From positions 6,649 through 70,648 of the IMG/VR virus record IMGVR_UViG_3300010413_000021: a stretch of 64,000 nt of DNA, one strand, 5' to 3'. Positions 10,274 through 19,304 of this stretch are shown here, piece after piece (within the stretch, counting starts at the first letter, position 1; the number at the start of each line of letters is the position of its first letter). This DNA comes from a virus. Made by a program: the position numbers and the translations under genes. The notes beneath the pieces were generated by a model, which saw nothing but the letters and a program-made list of their open reading frames with translations, was not told the DNA's origin and made no database searches.

Positions 10274-10782
10274 TATTCCGGCCCCCCTGTCCCCCGCTCT
10301 TCCACTTCCTCAATATAGATGTCCAGCTTTTCCCGGCGTTCATTCGGGTCCATCACACCCAATATCTTGAACAGCCTGATATAGTCTCCGCCGTTTCGCT
10401 CCAGCATCAACCGGTATTCGTCGGCTTTAATAGGCGCTAAGTCCGGCACAGTGTCAAACGAACTGGAAAAATCATCGCTGAATATCCGGCCCAGATCGCT
10501 TTGCCTGCCAAGTGCCGGGCCGAACGCCATACCAAACGCCGTGCCCGCGTGCCCATCCGTGACCGATGACCGGCGAATAGTAAAAATGTGAGTGGCACTT
10601 TGCTTGATCTGCTGTGACCTTACATTTTGCAGATAGGTATTGTGCCAAGCAATCGGCTTCATAGCTCCCCACATGTGGAGCAAAGTGGCATACGTGGTCG
10701 TAAACCCGCCCTCATCATTCGGGTCATTAATCGGATACACTAACTGCACCCGCTCTCTCAGCTTGTCTGCCATCCATGTCAA
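10273..10782 (-). CDS. Head closure / head-tail adaptor (SPP1 gp16-like)
   Basis: KLRERVQL, NDEGGF, ATHIFTIR and FKILGVMDPNERR motifs. Confidence 0.75.
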   Translation of the reverse strand: MTWMADKLRERVQLVYPINDPNDEGGFTTTYATLLHMWGAMKPIAWHNTYLQNVRSQQIKQSATHIFTIRRSSVTDGHAGTAFGMAFGPALGRQSDLGRIFSDDFSSSFDTVPDLAPIKADEYRLMLERNGGDYIRLFKILGVMDPNERREKLDIYIEEVEERGTGGPE

Positions 10783-11381
10783 AGCTGCATCACCCTAAAT
10801 GGATAAAGTAACCGCTGCACCTCAACCGGTGGGGCTGTCAAATCCAACGCCCGGTTCTCCCACAGCAAGGCCACAAACAAATTGATGCCGTCCCGTATGC
10901 CCTGCGGGACATCCGTTGCCGCTGTGCCATAACCGCCAACATAGATAATCTTGAACCCTCCATAATCCCGGTCATAGTTAGTCGGTGCGGTCACGTTCTT
11001 TTTTATTACCAGCTCACCCGGCTCTTTCGCCGTCTGGAGATAGTAATAATCACTTGAATATTCTGTGTCCGTATCATCCTCGTCCGTTGTGTAAACACCA
11101 GTGACGGAGATAAGCGGCGGCAACGGAAGCTGTATAACCGTGCCCGGCCAGAAGTCCATCCTCATTGTGATGGTTTGTCGCAAGAGCGACCGCCAGAGCC
11201 ATTTAGATGATATGTCCGTTGCCGCCGTGATGAATTGTTCAATCAAAGTATCCTCAGCATCCGTATCAATCCTGCCGTAGTTCTTTACATCATCGACAGA
11301 CACAGGATATACCGTTGCCGGGGTTGTAATTGAATAACTCCGGTTTCCATGCCGATCTAATTCTTTAGCAATCAGCACCAT
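10779..11381 (-). CDS. Head-tail connector (gp6/phiE125 gp8-like)
   Basis: PVSVDDVKNYGRID..EDTLIEQFITAA, LPLPPLISV, VPQGIR and LWENR motifs. Confidence 0.85.
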   Translation of the reverse strand: MVLIAKELDRHGNRSYSITTPATVYPVSVDDVKNYGRIDTDAEDTLIEQFITAATDISSKWLWRSLLRQTITMRMDFWPGTVIQLPLPPLISVTGVYTTDEDDTDTEYSSDYYYLQTAKEPGELVIKKNVTAPTNYDRDYGGFKIIYVGGYGTAATDVPQGIRDGINLFVALLWENRALDLTAPPVEVQRLLYPFRVMQL

Positions 11382-11689
11382 TACCGTCTCCGTCCTCTAC
11401 GCTTTGCTTTTGGTTTTTCCTCTTTTGGTTCCGGCTCTGGTGTTGGTTCAGGCTCAGGAGCATTGACCACCGGCAAAGTTACCGCTTTGTTCATCGGCGC
11501 TGCCCCCGCGTCCTTTTCGGCCACCATCGGAACCGGATCAGGAGACAGATACACAGCACAGCCAATCTTGTTGACAAATATCTTGGCAAGGGTTTCACCT
11601 AAAATGTATTCCTTGCCAGCTTCATACTTGACAACATGCAGGCCGTCATCCGCCCCCTTCTCGGTTTTAATCATTTTTACTCGTGGCAT
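11381..11689 (-). CDS. Hypothetical head-associated protein with Pro/Glu linker and basic tail
   Basis: 102-aa ORF between capsid accessory genes and the connector. Confidence 0.6.
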   Translation of the reverse strand: MPRVKMIKTEKGADDGLHVVKYEAGKEYILGETLAKIFVNKIGCAVYLSPDPVPMVAEKDAGAAPMNKAVTLPVVNAPEPEPTPEPEPKEEKPKAKRRGRRR

Positions 11690-11697
11690 ATTTACTC

Positions 11698-12318
11698 CTA
11701 TGTCTCTACCAAGGTAACATTGTCACTATACTCAACCACAGTCCAGATACCCGCCGTCATACAGACCATCTTGAGATATGGAATTTCTGTTGAAGCAGAA
11801 CCACGAGCCATATCAATTCTGGAAATCTGACTGAAGCCGGAATCTATCTGTGCATAGATAGAACACTCTGTCGTCACATCACTCATGGAAATCTGCAAGC
11901 TGGCCGACAGTCCCCAGTTAGCACCACAGATAACAAGAAAATCACCAAGGTTTGCTGATTGAATGTCACATGAAGTGTTGCTTGCATTGGTGGACAAGGC
12001 AATATCATGATAACCATAAGGAGGCGTCAACGTCGGCAAGTTGCCCGACGTTCCTGCACCGGAGAGTGCAGCCGTTGCCGCTGATGTGCTCGTCCTTGTG
12101 ATTGCATAATTCGACCGCAGAAAGTTTTTGATCTGATCCGCAGTATAATTAGTTCCAAAGAAACCAAAGATACCGCCGGTTGCCATGCTAAAAGTCCCGC
12201 CCGCCTGAATGTCAATGTCTCCGCCAGGCTCAACAGCAAGCAAACCACTATCAGCAATAATAAGCTCCTCGGCTCCCTGCTTGCGGTAGACCTTCGGTTG
12301 ATAAGTTCCATCTGCCAT
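11698..12318 (-). CDS. Putative capsid decoration/head fibre protein, Ser/Thr-rich
   Basis: 206 aa with good RBS, downstream of the capsid gene; YQPKVYRKQG N-terminus. Confidence 0.55.
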   Translation of the reverse strand: MADGTYQPKVYRKQGAEELIIADSGLLAVEPGGDIDIQAGGTFSMATGGIFGFFGTNYTADQIKNFLRSNYAITRTSTSAATAALSGAGTSGNLPTLTPPYGYHDIALSTNASNTSCDIQSANLGDFLVICGANWGLSASLQISMSDVTTECSIYAQIDSGFSQISRIDMARGSASTEIPYLKMVCMTAGIWTVVEYSDNVTLVET

Positions 12319-12345
12319 TTTCTTTCTCCTCTATCCCCTTTCAAT

Positions 12346-12389
12346 CGGGGCTGGGCCGGTAATCCTCTCGGCCCTGGTGCCCAGCCCCG
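12346..12389. promoter_or_regulatory. GC-rich intergenic stem-loop
   Basis: CGGGGCTGGGC (12346-12356) is the exact reverse complement of GCCCAGCCCCG (12379-12389). No U-tract follows on the minus strand. Confidence 0.55.
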
Positions 12390-12422
12390 CAGCTTGACAC
12401 GCTAACAGTTACAAGTTACCCC

Positions 12423-12977
12423 TTAGTCCTGCGGTGTATCCACCGGCCACAAGTGAGAACGGCCACGAATAGCCACAACGGCCGCTTCTATCAAAGAGCA
12501 ATCAGCATTGACTGAGTTTGAAAGAAGACAGCGAACATAACGCCGACCGTGGAATTTATATCCCACCTTGAAAACCAGCGACCAGGCATCTGCTTGACTT
12601 GTATTACTAATACAAAGCGAAAGGAAACGACCGTCATCACCCCCGTCCAGTCCCATAAACTGACTGTAATCTCCGCAGGCTGTTGAAATGGTGTCTGCTC
12701 CTGCACTCTGCATCACAATGTAAGCATCTGAAACTGCTGACCATGTAGCAGCAGGACCAGAACAGAAACCAACACTCACCGAACCATCCGTTTCTTGTAA
12801 ATAGAAGTAATATCCAGAAGCAGAACCAAGTGCAGAACCTTCACCAACATGGACAAGGAAAGTTACTCCTTCATATCCCTGACAATCTACTGCCGCACCA
12901 GTTGCTGCATCAGTATATGCATTAGGCTCAAGGCAATTGAAAAACCCAAAATCTCCAATTTGTTCGTGTCTCGGCAT
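12423..12977 (-). CDS. Putative capsid accessory/cement protein
   Basis: 184 aa directly after the capsid gene; TGAAVDCQGYEGVTFLVHVG and VGY...RRYVR resemble post-capsid accessory proteins. Confidence 0.6.
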   Translation of the reverse strand: MPRHEQIGDFGFFNCLEPNAYTDAATGAAVDCQGYEGVTFLVHVGEGSALGSASGYYFYLQETDGSVSVGFCSGPAATWSAVSDAYIVMQSAGADTISTACGDYSQFMGLDGGDDGRFLSLCISNTSQADAWSLVFKVGYKFHGRRYVRCLLSNSVNADCSLIEAAVVAIRGRSHLWPVDTPQD

Positions 12978-13005
12978 TACTCAACCCTCCTTTCCATAAC
13001 TATCA

Positions 13006-14388
13006 TTACGGAGCAATGACACCAATTTTCCCACTTTGGAAGTTCTTGATATCTCCACCATATCTTGCTCTTGACCAGTATTCGATCTCGGGCTTCTGAG
13101 TATACGGGTCTCTCTGCAAAGTGATCCCGCGCCGGTCAACCACCATATAGAACTGGCTCCAATCAGCAAGCACATAGGCCAAAGCACCAGCACCCACCTG
13201 TGGCATAGACGTTGCCATACGTGTGGGAAGCCCCAACAGAATTGACGGAGTGCCAGCGGAGATCCCCTCGCGCCAGATGTAACGCCCGTCACCATCCTTG
13301 AGCAGCATGGTTTCCATCACGGTCAAACGGTTCATCACCCAGGTTGCCCGCGCCATATAGCCTTCAAGCAAACTGAATTTCAGACGAATCAGACCATCGG
13401 TTGTGGGCAATGTAGCATGAAGCAGATTAGTCCGCTCAACATCCCCCCATGCTGTCGTCCCGTTAGGATAAGTCAGGAAACCACGAGGCCGATCCGTGCC
13501 GTTGCCTTCAACATAGGCATTGCCCGTTGCCCGACTGAAACGGTCTGCAATCTTTCCTGCAACCCAACCTTCAAGGTCACGAGAAGCATCTTCCATCACC
13601 TGCTGAGTAGCATGGATACGAGCATCAAGTGTATGAACAGGGATCAGACGCTTTCTCCATTTCGGAGTGGTCGTTTCCGATGTAATGGTAAGCTCAGAAG
13701 CCCATCCATACGTCACATCATCCATATCAGCAAGGAACTCAACCGAATCCGTGTTAGTAGTTTCAACCGCCGCCAGTTCACGAATAGGATCAGTTTCACG
13801 AAGGAAACCCACAACAGTATTCAGCATACGTGGAGTAACAAAGATTCCGCCGTCTGCTTCAACCCCCACACTCAGCATTTTTTGCTGTTCAGGAGTCATG
13901 ATACTGCCAGGATCACCCATCTGCCCGCGCCGCAAGTAAATCTGAAAAGCCTCATTGAAGTTTTTAAACTCTTCAACATTCACATCAGCATCAGAAAGAC
14001 CGGCAACAGGCAACTGATTTTTCCTTGCCAGCAATTCAGTTTTCCATGCTTTGGCTTCCTTGAACACAGGATCTTCCCTGTCTACTTTACCGTCAGTAGG
14101 AACCGACTGAATTGCTGTTTCGAGTGAGTCCATCCGCTCAGTCAGTTTTGTGTTCAGATTGTCAAGTGCTTCCTGCTTTGCAGCGATGGAAGTTTTCAAC
14201 TGCTGCACCTGCTGAACCACGGCGGCGTCTGTCTCTGACTTCAGCCCGTCAACCAGCTTCCGCAGGGTTTCACCCTCTTTCCGCAGTTCCTCATGCAGTG
14301 CTTTCGTGTTGTCTCCCAGCGCAGCAACTTCCTTCTGCACCTCTTTAAATACTTCAGGCTCCTCGCCCTTTTTCCAAATGCCTTCCAT
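13006..14388 (-). CDS. Major capsid protein, HK97 fold
   Basis: Coiled-coil delta domain, ADGGIFV, GNGTDRPRGFL, LKDGDGRYIW, LQRDPYT and RYGG motifs. Confidence 0.95.
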   Translation of the reverse strand: MEGIWKKGEEPEVFKEVQKEVAALGDNTKALHEELRKEGETLRKLVDGLKSETDAAVVQQVQQLKTSIAAKQEALDNLNTKLTERMDSLETAIQSVPTDGKVDREDPVFKEAKAWKTELLARKNQLPVAGLSDADVNVEEFKNFNEAFQIYLRRGQMGDPGSIMTPEQQKMLSVGVEADGGIFVTPRMLNTVVGFLRETDPIRELAAVETTNTDSVEFLADMDDVTYGWASELTITSETTTPKWRKRLIPVHTLDARIHATQQVMEDASRDLEGWVAGKIADRFSRATGNAYVEGNGTDRPRGFLTYPNGTTAWGDVERTNLLHATLPTTDGLIRLKFSLLEGYMARATWVMNRLTVMETMLLKDGDGRYIWREGISAGTPSILLGLPTRMATSMPQVGAGALAYVLADWSQFYMVVDRRGITLQRDPYTQKPEIEYWSRARYGGDIKNFQSGKIGVIAP

Positions 14389-14389
14389 T

Positions 14390-15142
14390 TTAATATGCCT
14401 CCTCTCCTCTCATTTTCGCATTGGCTTGGCGTAGGCTCTCAAGTAGTGCCTGTGCCCAGCCGTCCTCATCCTTCCTCACTTCCCGTAAGGACGGTCGCAT
14501 CAACGATACTAAATATTGCGCTTCCTTTTTGGAGTGGCCCGCTTCCCGCAGCGCCCGCTCCATCTCCCTCGGCGTCTCTGCCTCAAGAAAACTTTTAACC
14601 GCTGTCACTGTCGCCCGCGTGTTAGCGGGGAAAGTAACAAGCGAAATCTCCCACAACTGAACTTGTTTAATGTGCCGAATTTTCTTTTTTTCATCTATTT
14701 CATAACTGCCCTCTTCTACTTTTCCTTCTTTGTCTCGATAAAAATCAAAACCAATAGACATGCCTCTAATTGCAGGCGGGTCCATTTTAAGTAATTCATA
14801 CACATCTGCACCTGTAGAAGTTTTTACCGCAATCTTCCCATTAACTTTCAAACCTTTCTCATTTGTTGAAAGTCCGGTCCACACTCCGACAGGAATTTGT
14901 GGCAAATGCTGGTAAAGCATTGCAATGCCCGTTCCATTTCTGCCCCCTTCCGCAAGTGTCCGATCAAACGCCCGCCGTTCAATAATATCTCCTCGTATGC
15001 GAAGATTCTTCTCCCAATCAAAAGTAACGCTTGTATCCGGCGGCCCCCCAAACGTGGAGGCGTAACCAGTGAATGTCCCGTCACCCGCCTCCGCTGCTTT
15101 AATCTCACACGGGAAATCCAAGTGTTTCATTTCCATTGTCAA
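14390..15142 (-). CDS. Prohead protease (HK97-type)
   Basis: FTGYASTFG, MLYQH, PVGVW, GMSIGF and LWEISLVTFPAN motifs. Confidence 0.93.
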   Translation of the reverse strand: MTMEMKHLDFPCEIKAAEAGDGTFTGYASTFGGPPDTSVTFDWEKNLRIRGDIIERRAFDRTLAEGGRNGTGIAMLYQHLPQIPVGVWTGLSTNEKGLKVNGKIAVKTSTGADVYELLKMDPPAIRGMSIGFDFYRDKEGKVEEGSYEIDEKKKIRHIKQVQLWEISLVTFPANTRATVTAVKSFLEAETPREMERALREAGHSKKEAQYLVSLMRPSLREVRKDEDGWAQALLESLRQANAKMRGEEAY

Positions 15143-15927
15143 CGCCTCCCTGCTCTGTCATACAATTCAACACATCTGCAATTTACAATTTCCTTTGCCG
15201 GCGCCCCGTAACTGCCGTCACCCGGATACATCATGGGAAAGCCACTGCCCTCACCTACTAAGTAAGTAGTATCAATATCAATCGGGTTTCTGTTATATCG
15301 CTGATGTGCTTCCAAGTGTGAAGTTCTGGTTCTTTTATCCATCGCAGACACCCACCGCTTTTTCATTTTCACCCCAGTTGACTTCACTCCCTCGCGCATG
15401 GAATTAACCGCTGCGTTGTGCGTTTCAGTCCTAGCAATAGTCCGTGCCCGGCTGGGGTTTGCAATTTTAGCTTTCTCTCTAATCTTTCGAGCAATCTCTT
15501 TATGTGAAATTCCCGCTTCCATCCCCTGCTTTACTATTGCTGCTATTTTCAGTTTGGTTGCTTCTGAAACCAGTGTAACCTTTGCGGCGGTTTCCAGCTT
15601 TATCCACTCCAGTATTGCTTTCCAGAACGCTTGCAGCGGTGTCAGTGCTTCGGCTTTCTTTTCCGCTTCGGTTATCATTGGTGGGCCATATAACTCAGCC
15701 ACCCGCGTATAATGCCTTGTCAATTCCTGTTTCAGTCTCGGCTTTACACTGTTTATGGCAGGGCCGGGTTTTCCCCCAGAAGCAACCGCAGCGGCAGCGT
15801 TGGTGTATTGTATATTAAGAACTGTCCTTATTTTAGGTTCAAAGTTCCGCTCTAATACAACCATCTGCCGGAGCAATGCGTTTCTTGCTCTCTGCCTTGC
15901 CTGCTCTGTCCTGCCAACGTTAATCAC
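15139..15927 (-). CDS. Minor head morphogenesis protein (Mu gpF/SPP1 gp7-like)
   Basis: RARTIARTETH, KKRW...DKRTRTSH and MMYPGD...EIVNCRC motifs. Confidence 0.9.
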   Translation of the reverse strand: MINVGRTEQARQRARNALLRQMVVLERNFEPKIRTVLNIQYTNAAAAVASGGKPGPAINSVKPRLKQELTRHYTRVAELYGPPMITEAEKKAEALTPLQAFWKAILEWIKLETAAKVTLVSEATKLKIAAIVKQGMEAGISHKEIARKIREKAKIANPSRARTIARTETHNAAVNSMREGVKSTGVKMKKRWVSAMDKRTRTSHLEAHQRYNRNPIDIDTTYLVGEGSGFPMMYPGDGSYGAPAKEIVNCRCVELYDRAGRR

Positions 15928-16171
15928 GAGTCATTTTCCACTTGTTTTTTCGTTTCTCTTGCAACAGGTAAACATTTCCTGCCCGCCTTGCCGCTGCCGT
16001 TTTCCTGTTGTCCCTTGTTAATTCCATGCTGATCACTTTGTTCTCTACATCAGAAATTGCTACTTTTATTCGATGCACTAAGCCGCAGTCACAACATTGC
16101 AGACACCACTCCTCTCCTGATATTCTGATAAATGGTGTGTTGTCTCTGACTGTTTCATATTCGCTCGGCAT
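15920..16171 (-). CDS. Small Cys/His-containing hypothetical protein
   Basis: 83 aa with CCDCGLVH motif. Confidence 0.6.
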   Translation of the reverse strand: MPSEYETVRDNTPFIRISGEEWCLQCCDCGLVHRIKVAISDVENKVISMELTRDNRKTAAARRAGNVYLLQEKRKNKWKMTRD

Positions 16172-16192
16172 TTCTTTCTTTCCCGCTTCTTT

Positions 16193-17461
16193 CTAAGTTC
16201 CCGCCGCCTCTTCCGTAAACGTTTCTTCATTCATTTCCTCTGCTGTTGGTTCTGCTCCAAGTTCAATCAGGTTTGCTGGGATATATATCGCGTCACCGTT
16301 CGGATCATCCGGCAATCCTGCCAGCCGCCGCTTCTCGTTTATGGTCATGAAGGAGGCGGTTTCCAGCCGGGTGAAAAGCTGATCCCGCCTATGTTCCATT
16401 GCCGGAACGTCATCAAGCAAAAACTCAAGCTGTGTCCCCGGTTCCCGCTTGAATAGCCAGTTATTCAACTCCCCCTTGAACAGTTCAAGCCAGTGCTGAA
16501 CAGTAGTCTCGTAAAATGCCAGCCACGCATCACGATAAGTCACGCCCGCCGTAGAGTCCGGCACACCCACCACCAGCGGGGGCACACCATACGCCCCGCA
16601 GATGTATCGAGCCATGACAAGCATTGCCTCAGACCAGTCCATGTCTTTCGGGCTTAACTGATACGGTTCCGCGCCTGTGCCTTGCTCACCGCCGATCACC
16701 ACGTTACGCCCGGCGTTGTCCGCTCCGGCATACTTGTCATTGATCCGCTTTTCAAATTCCTCACGCTCATGGTCACCAATCAAACCGATCATCTTGAAAA
16801 CCATGCCGGGCTTTGCATCGTTCTCCAGCATCTTTTTATTCCACTGGATTGCCTCGTTCAGGGTGTCAGTTTCCCTTGCTGCCGGTTCCACTGCACTAAG
16901 TCCATACCAGTCATCAAGCGGGTGAACTGTTTTGATCTGGAGAATATTTGATTCCCCCGTTTTCGGGTCAGCAGGCCAGGTAACAGACTGCCCCTGGTAT
17001 TCATATTTATAGCTCCCCGGTGTGCCTGTGGATTTATTCAGTTCAATCTTCATCCGGTCAGGCCGGTGGCAATACAACTCTCTCGGCCTGCCGTTGTTCG
17101 GCCCAGTCTGTGCCCCGCGCTTCTCTAGCCAGCCGTTGCCCTGGAGCAGGATGTAAGTAACAATTTTCTCAGCAAAGAACGGCCAACTCTCCCACGGATT
17201 CGGACGGGTAAACAACGGAACCGCCCAATGGTTCGGATTGTCCTCTCCGTTCGTTGTGACTTTCCATTTCACACTTCCCACCGCCCGGCCCACTTTGTTC
17301 ATGCAGCGGTAGCACAAAGCGTTTTTCAGATAAGATTCCTTTGCCAGATTTTCAAAGGTCAACTGCGTCCATGTGGCCGGTGAACTCTGGCCGGTGCGGG
17401 TGAGCAATGGAGATGCCCGGCTGACTTTCTGTTCAAGCTGTTTGCGTTTGAACGGCCACAT
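16193..17461 (-). CDS. Portal protein (HK97 family)
   Basis: RPNPW, LLQGNGW, HPLDDWYGLS, LSPKDMD and FMTINEKR motifs. Confidence 0.95.
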   Translation of the reverse strand: MWPFKRKQLEQKVSRASPLLTRTGQSSPATWTQLTFENLAKESYLKNALCYRCMNKVGRAVGSVKWKVTTNGEDNPNHWAVPLFTRPNPWESWPFFAEKIVTYILLQGNGWLEKRGAQTGPNNGRPRELYCHRPDRMKIELNKSTGTPGSYKYEYQGQSVTWPADPKTGESNILQIKTVHPLDDWYGLSAVEPAARETDTLNEAIQWNKKMLENDAKPGMVFKMIGLIGDHEREEFEKRINDKYAGADNAGRNVVIGGEQGTGAEPYQLSPKDMDWSEAMLVMARYICGAYGVPPLVVGVPDSTAGVTYRDAWLAFYETTVQHWLELFKGELNNWLFKREPGTQLEFLLDDVPAMEHRRDQLFTRLETASFMTINEKRRLAGLPDDPNGDAIYIPANLIELGAEPTAEEMNEETFTEEAAGT

Positions 17462-17910
17462 CAGGCAGTTACCTCGTGATACAATAGCCGAACTCGACTG
17501 TTAGCATTTGCCACACTGCAAACCAAACGAGCAGAAATCCTAGATCCCCCAGCGATCTTTCTTGTTCTAACCGGACTTACAATCATGTCTAGATTAAGCC
17601 CCCGCGTCCAACCGGTTCTGGCAATCTCAACTTCACTTCCGGCGGCACCACTGTAAAGAACCAGCTCATAAAAACCATTATCAGAAGTGAGATTCATTAC
17701 CGCCCAATCAATGCGAAATGGGTTTGTTGGTGCATCCCCACCAGACATTAATTCAGAAGGCAAAGCCGCAGCATAACTCCAAGCTGTAGCCGTGGAAGTG
17801 GAAAAACGCACTCCAGCATTTGTTGCCTGAGCAGGATAAATTAATTGTGGAGCAAACTCATTTTCTGATAATTGTCTAGCATAAAATTGATCTACTATGT
17901 TACCCGGCAT
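17461..17910 (-). CDS. Hypothetical virion-associated protein
   Basis: Start reassigned to ATG 17910 (GGAGGGGG upstream); contains YELVLYSGAAGSEVEIAR. Confidence 0.55.
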   Translation of the reverse strand: MPGNIVDQFYARQLSENEFAPQLIYPAQATNAGVRFSTSTATAWSYAAALPSELMSGGDAPTNPFRIDWAVMNLTSDNGFYELVLYSGAAGSEVEIARTGWTRGLNLDMIVSPVRTRKIAGGSRISARLVCSVANANSRVRLLYHEVTA

Positions 17911-18223
17911 AATTAATCCCCCCTCCAGTTTTCCGCTGGCCCTCAAGCACTTTGCCAATTAATTGATTGTTCTCATGTATGCTGGTTTTCACATCATTCA
18001 ACCGTTCGTTGCTTATTTCCTGTTTGGCATTCAGCTTTACTAACTCATCCTTGATCCCATCCAACTTGCCAAGCTGTGACCTGAAATTACCGTTGCTCTC
18101 AAATGGACAACTAACTTTCCCGTTGCCGTTGCGGTTCTTCAACCAGTCCCAGACAATCTTGGCTATCAAACCGCTGCCTGCCCCACCACTAATCAACGTT
18201 GTTAGTAACTGCCCCTCTGTCAT
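17900..18223 (-). CDS. Hypothetical protein with N-terminal hydrophobic helix and coiled coil (holin/hemolysin-like?)
   Basis: Hydrophobic Gly-rich N-terminus followed by a heptad-rich region. Confidence 0.45.
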   Translation of the reverse strand: MTEGQLLTTLISGGAGSGLIAKIVWDWLKNRNGNGKVSCPFESNGNFRSQLGKLDGIKDELVKLNAKQEISNERLNDVKTSIHENNQLIGKVLEGQRKTGGGINYAG

Positions 18224-18636
18224 GATGTGCCCAGCCTCACATAACAGGAATCATTGGCAACCCCCAAACCATAATTGTCTCCCTCCTTGAAACCAAGCCG
18301 GTAAAAACAATTCTCAGGCTCGGGGCTGGCAGTAATATTCTCGCTTGAACCACCATAACCATCCGCCGCAGTTATGCTCCAGTTACTAACATCACGCCAA
18401 CCAACATCCCCCACATCCAATGCATCACCTGTCGCATCAGCACTGAATGTGTCCCCCATCAATTTCCGCTGCAAAGTTAGTATGCCGGACAAAGTGGAAT
18501 TAACCGGGGTGGAAACAAAATCCAAACTGTTAGCAAGTAATATGCAAACATTTACATGATGCCCCGCCTGCACAGGTAACACGCTTGTCCATTGCGGGCT
18601 GGAATTTAGTTTTGTGTTAATGGTGTATTTATTCAT
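18220..18636 (-). CDS. Hypothetical virion-associated protein
   Basis: 138 aa, beta-strand and Ser/Thr-rich, GAGGAG RBS. Confidence 0.55.
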   Translation of the reverse strand: MNKYTINTKLNSSPQWTSVLPVQAGHHVNVCILLANSLDFVSTPVNSTLSGILTLQRKLMGDTFSADATGDALDVGDVGWRDVSNWSITAADGYGGSSENITASPEPENCFYRLGFKEGDNYGLGVANDSCYVRLGTS

Positions 18637-18657
18637 GTGCCACTCCTCTGCTGTTAG

Positions 18658-18903
18658 TTACTTAGTAATTGCCTTATCAAACGAAATATCCTTTATTCCC
18701 TTTTTCCTTGCCCACTCTTCCAAAACATGTGGCTTAAATGTCAACTTAATGTCTAAAACAGTTAGTGGGGCAGCAACGTAAGGGTCAACCAATACGCTTA
18801 TGTTCTCTTTTGTATGCAACAGGTGGGCAGGGAATAAATGCTCCCCCACTTGTTTTTCTATTTCAGCCTTGAGCAAGTCGGCTATGTCTGTTTCCCTGAG
18901 CAT
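18658..18903 (-). CDS. Hypothetical protein
   Basis: ATG at 18903 with AAGGA upstream. Confidence 0.45.
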   Translation of the reverse strand: MLRETDIADLLKAEIEKQVGEHLFPAHLLHTKENISVLVDPYVAAPLTVLDIKLTFKPHVLEEWARKKGIKDISFDKAITK

Positions 18904-19304
18904 ACTATCTGTCCTTTCGTCCAATAAAGTTGTAGGCGGGTATGATTCCACCCCACCCCCCACTCCAACCGCAAATCAATCCCCCCGTATCAGCTTGTTT
19001 CTTTGCTCTGGATAGGCTCTGTAACGCTCCAGGCTGGTCTGTATTCAACGTTCTCCGGTTGGGTAATGGTTGGGTATAGGTAGTTAGGTAATAGCCACTA
19101 ACTTCCAGTGTCATTACATTGACTAACTCTGTTTTGTGTAATTTTACTGTGTTTTGTATCTGCTTCATTTTCTTATGCTTACAAAAACTTAGTCCGATAA
19201 GATGCATTATGTAAACTATTAGTGCTAGTTAAACCCTTTGTTTTCAATACGTGCCTTATTTTATTAGGCATTTAGCTGTTTATCCTACTGTCAATACCAT
19301 GACA

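Noticed and set aside
13417-14127. 236-aa antisense ORF, and similar shadow ORFs throughout the window
   Set aside because: Lies opposite the clearly identified capsid gene and has no motifs.
18905-19207. 100-aa ORF in the gap after terL
   Set aside because: No clear RBS or recognisable motif; treated as probably non-coding.
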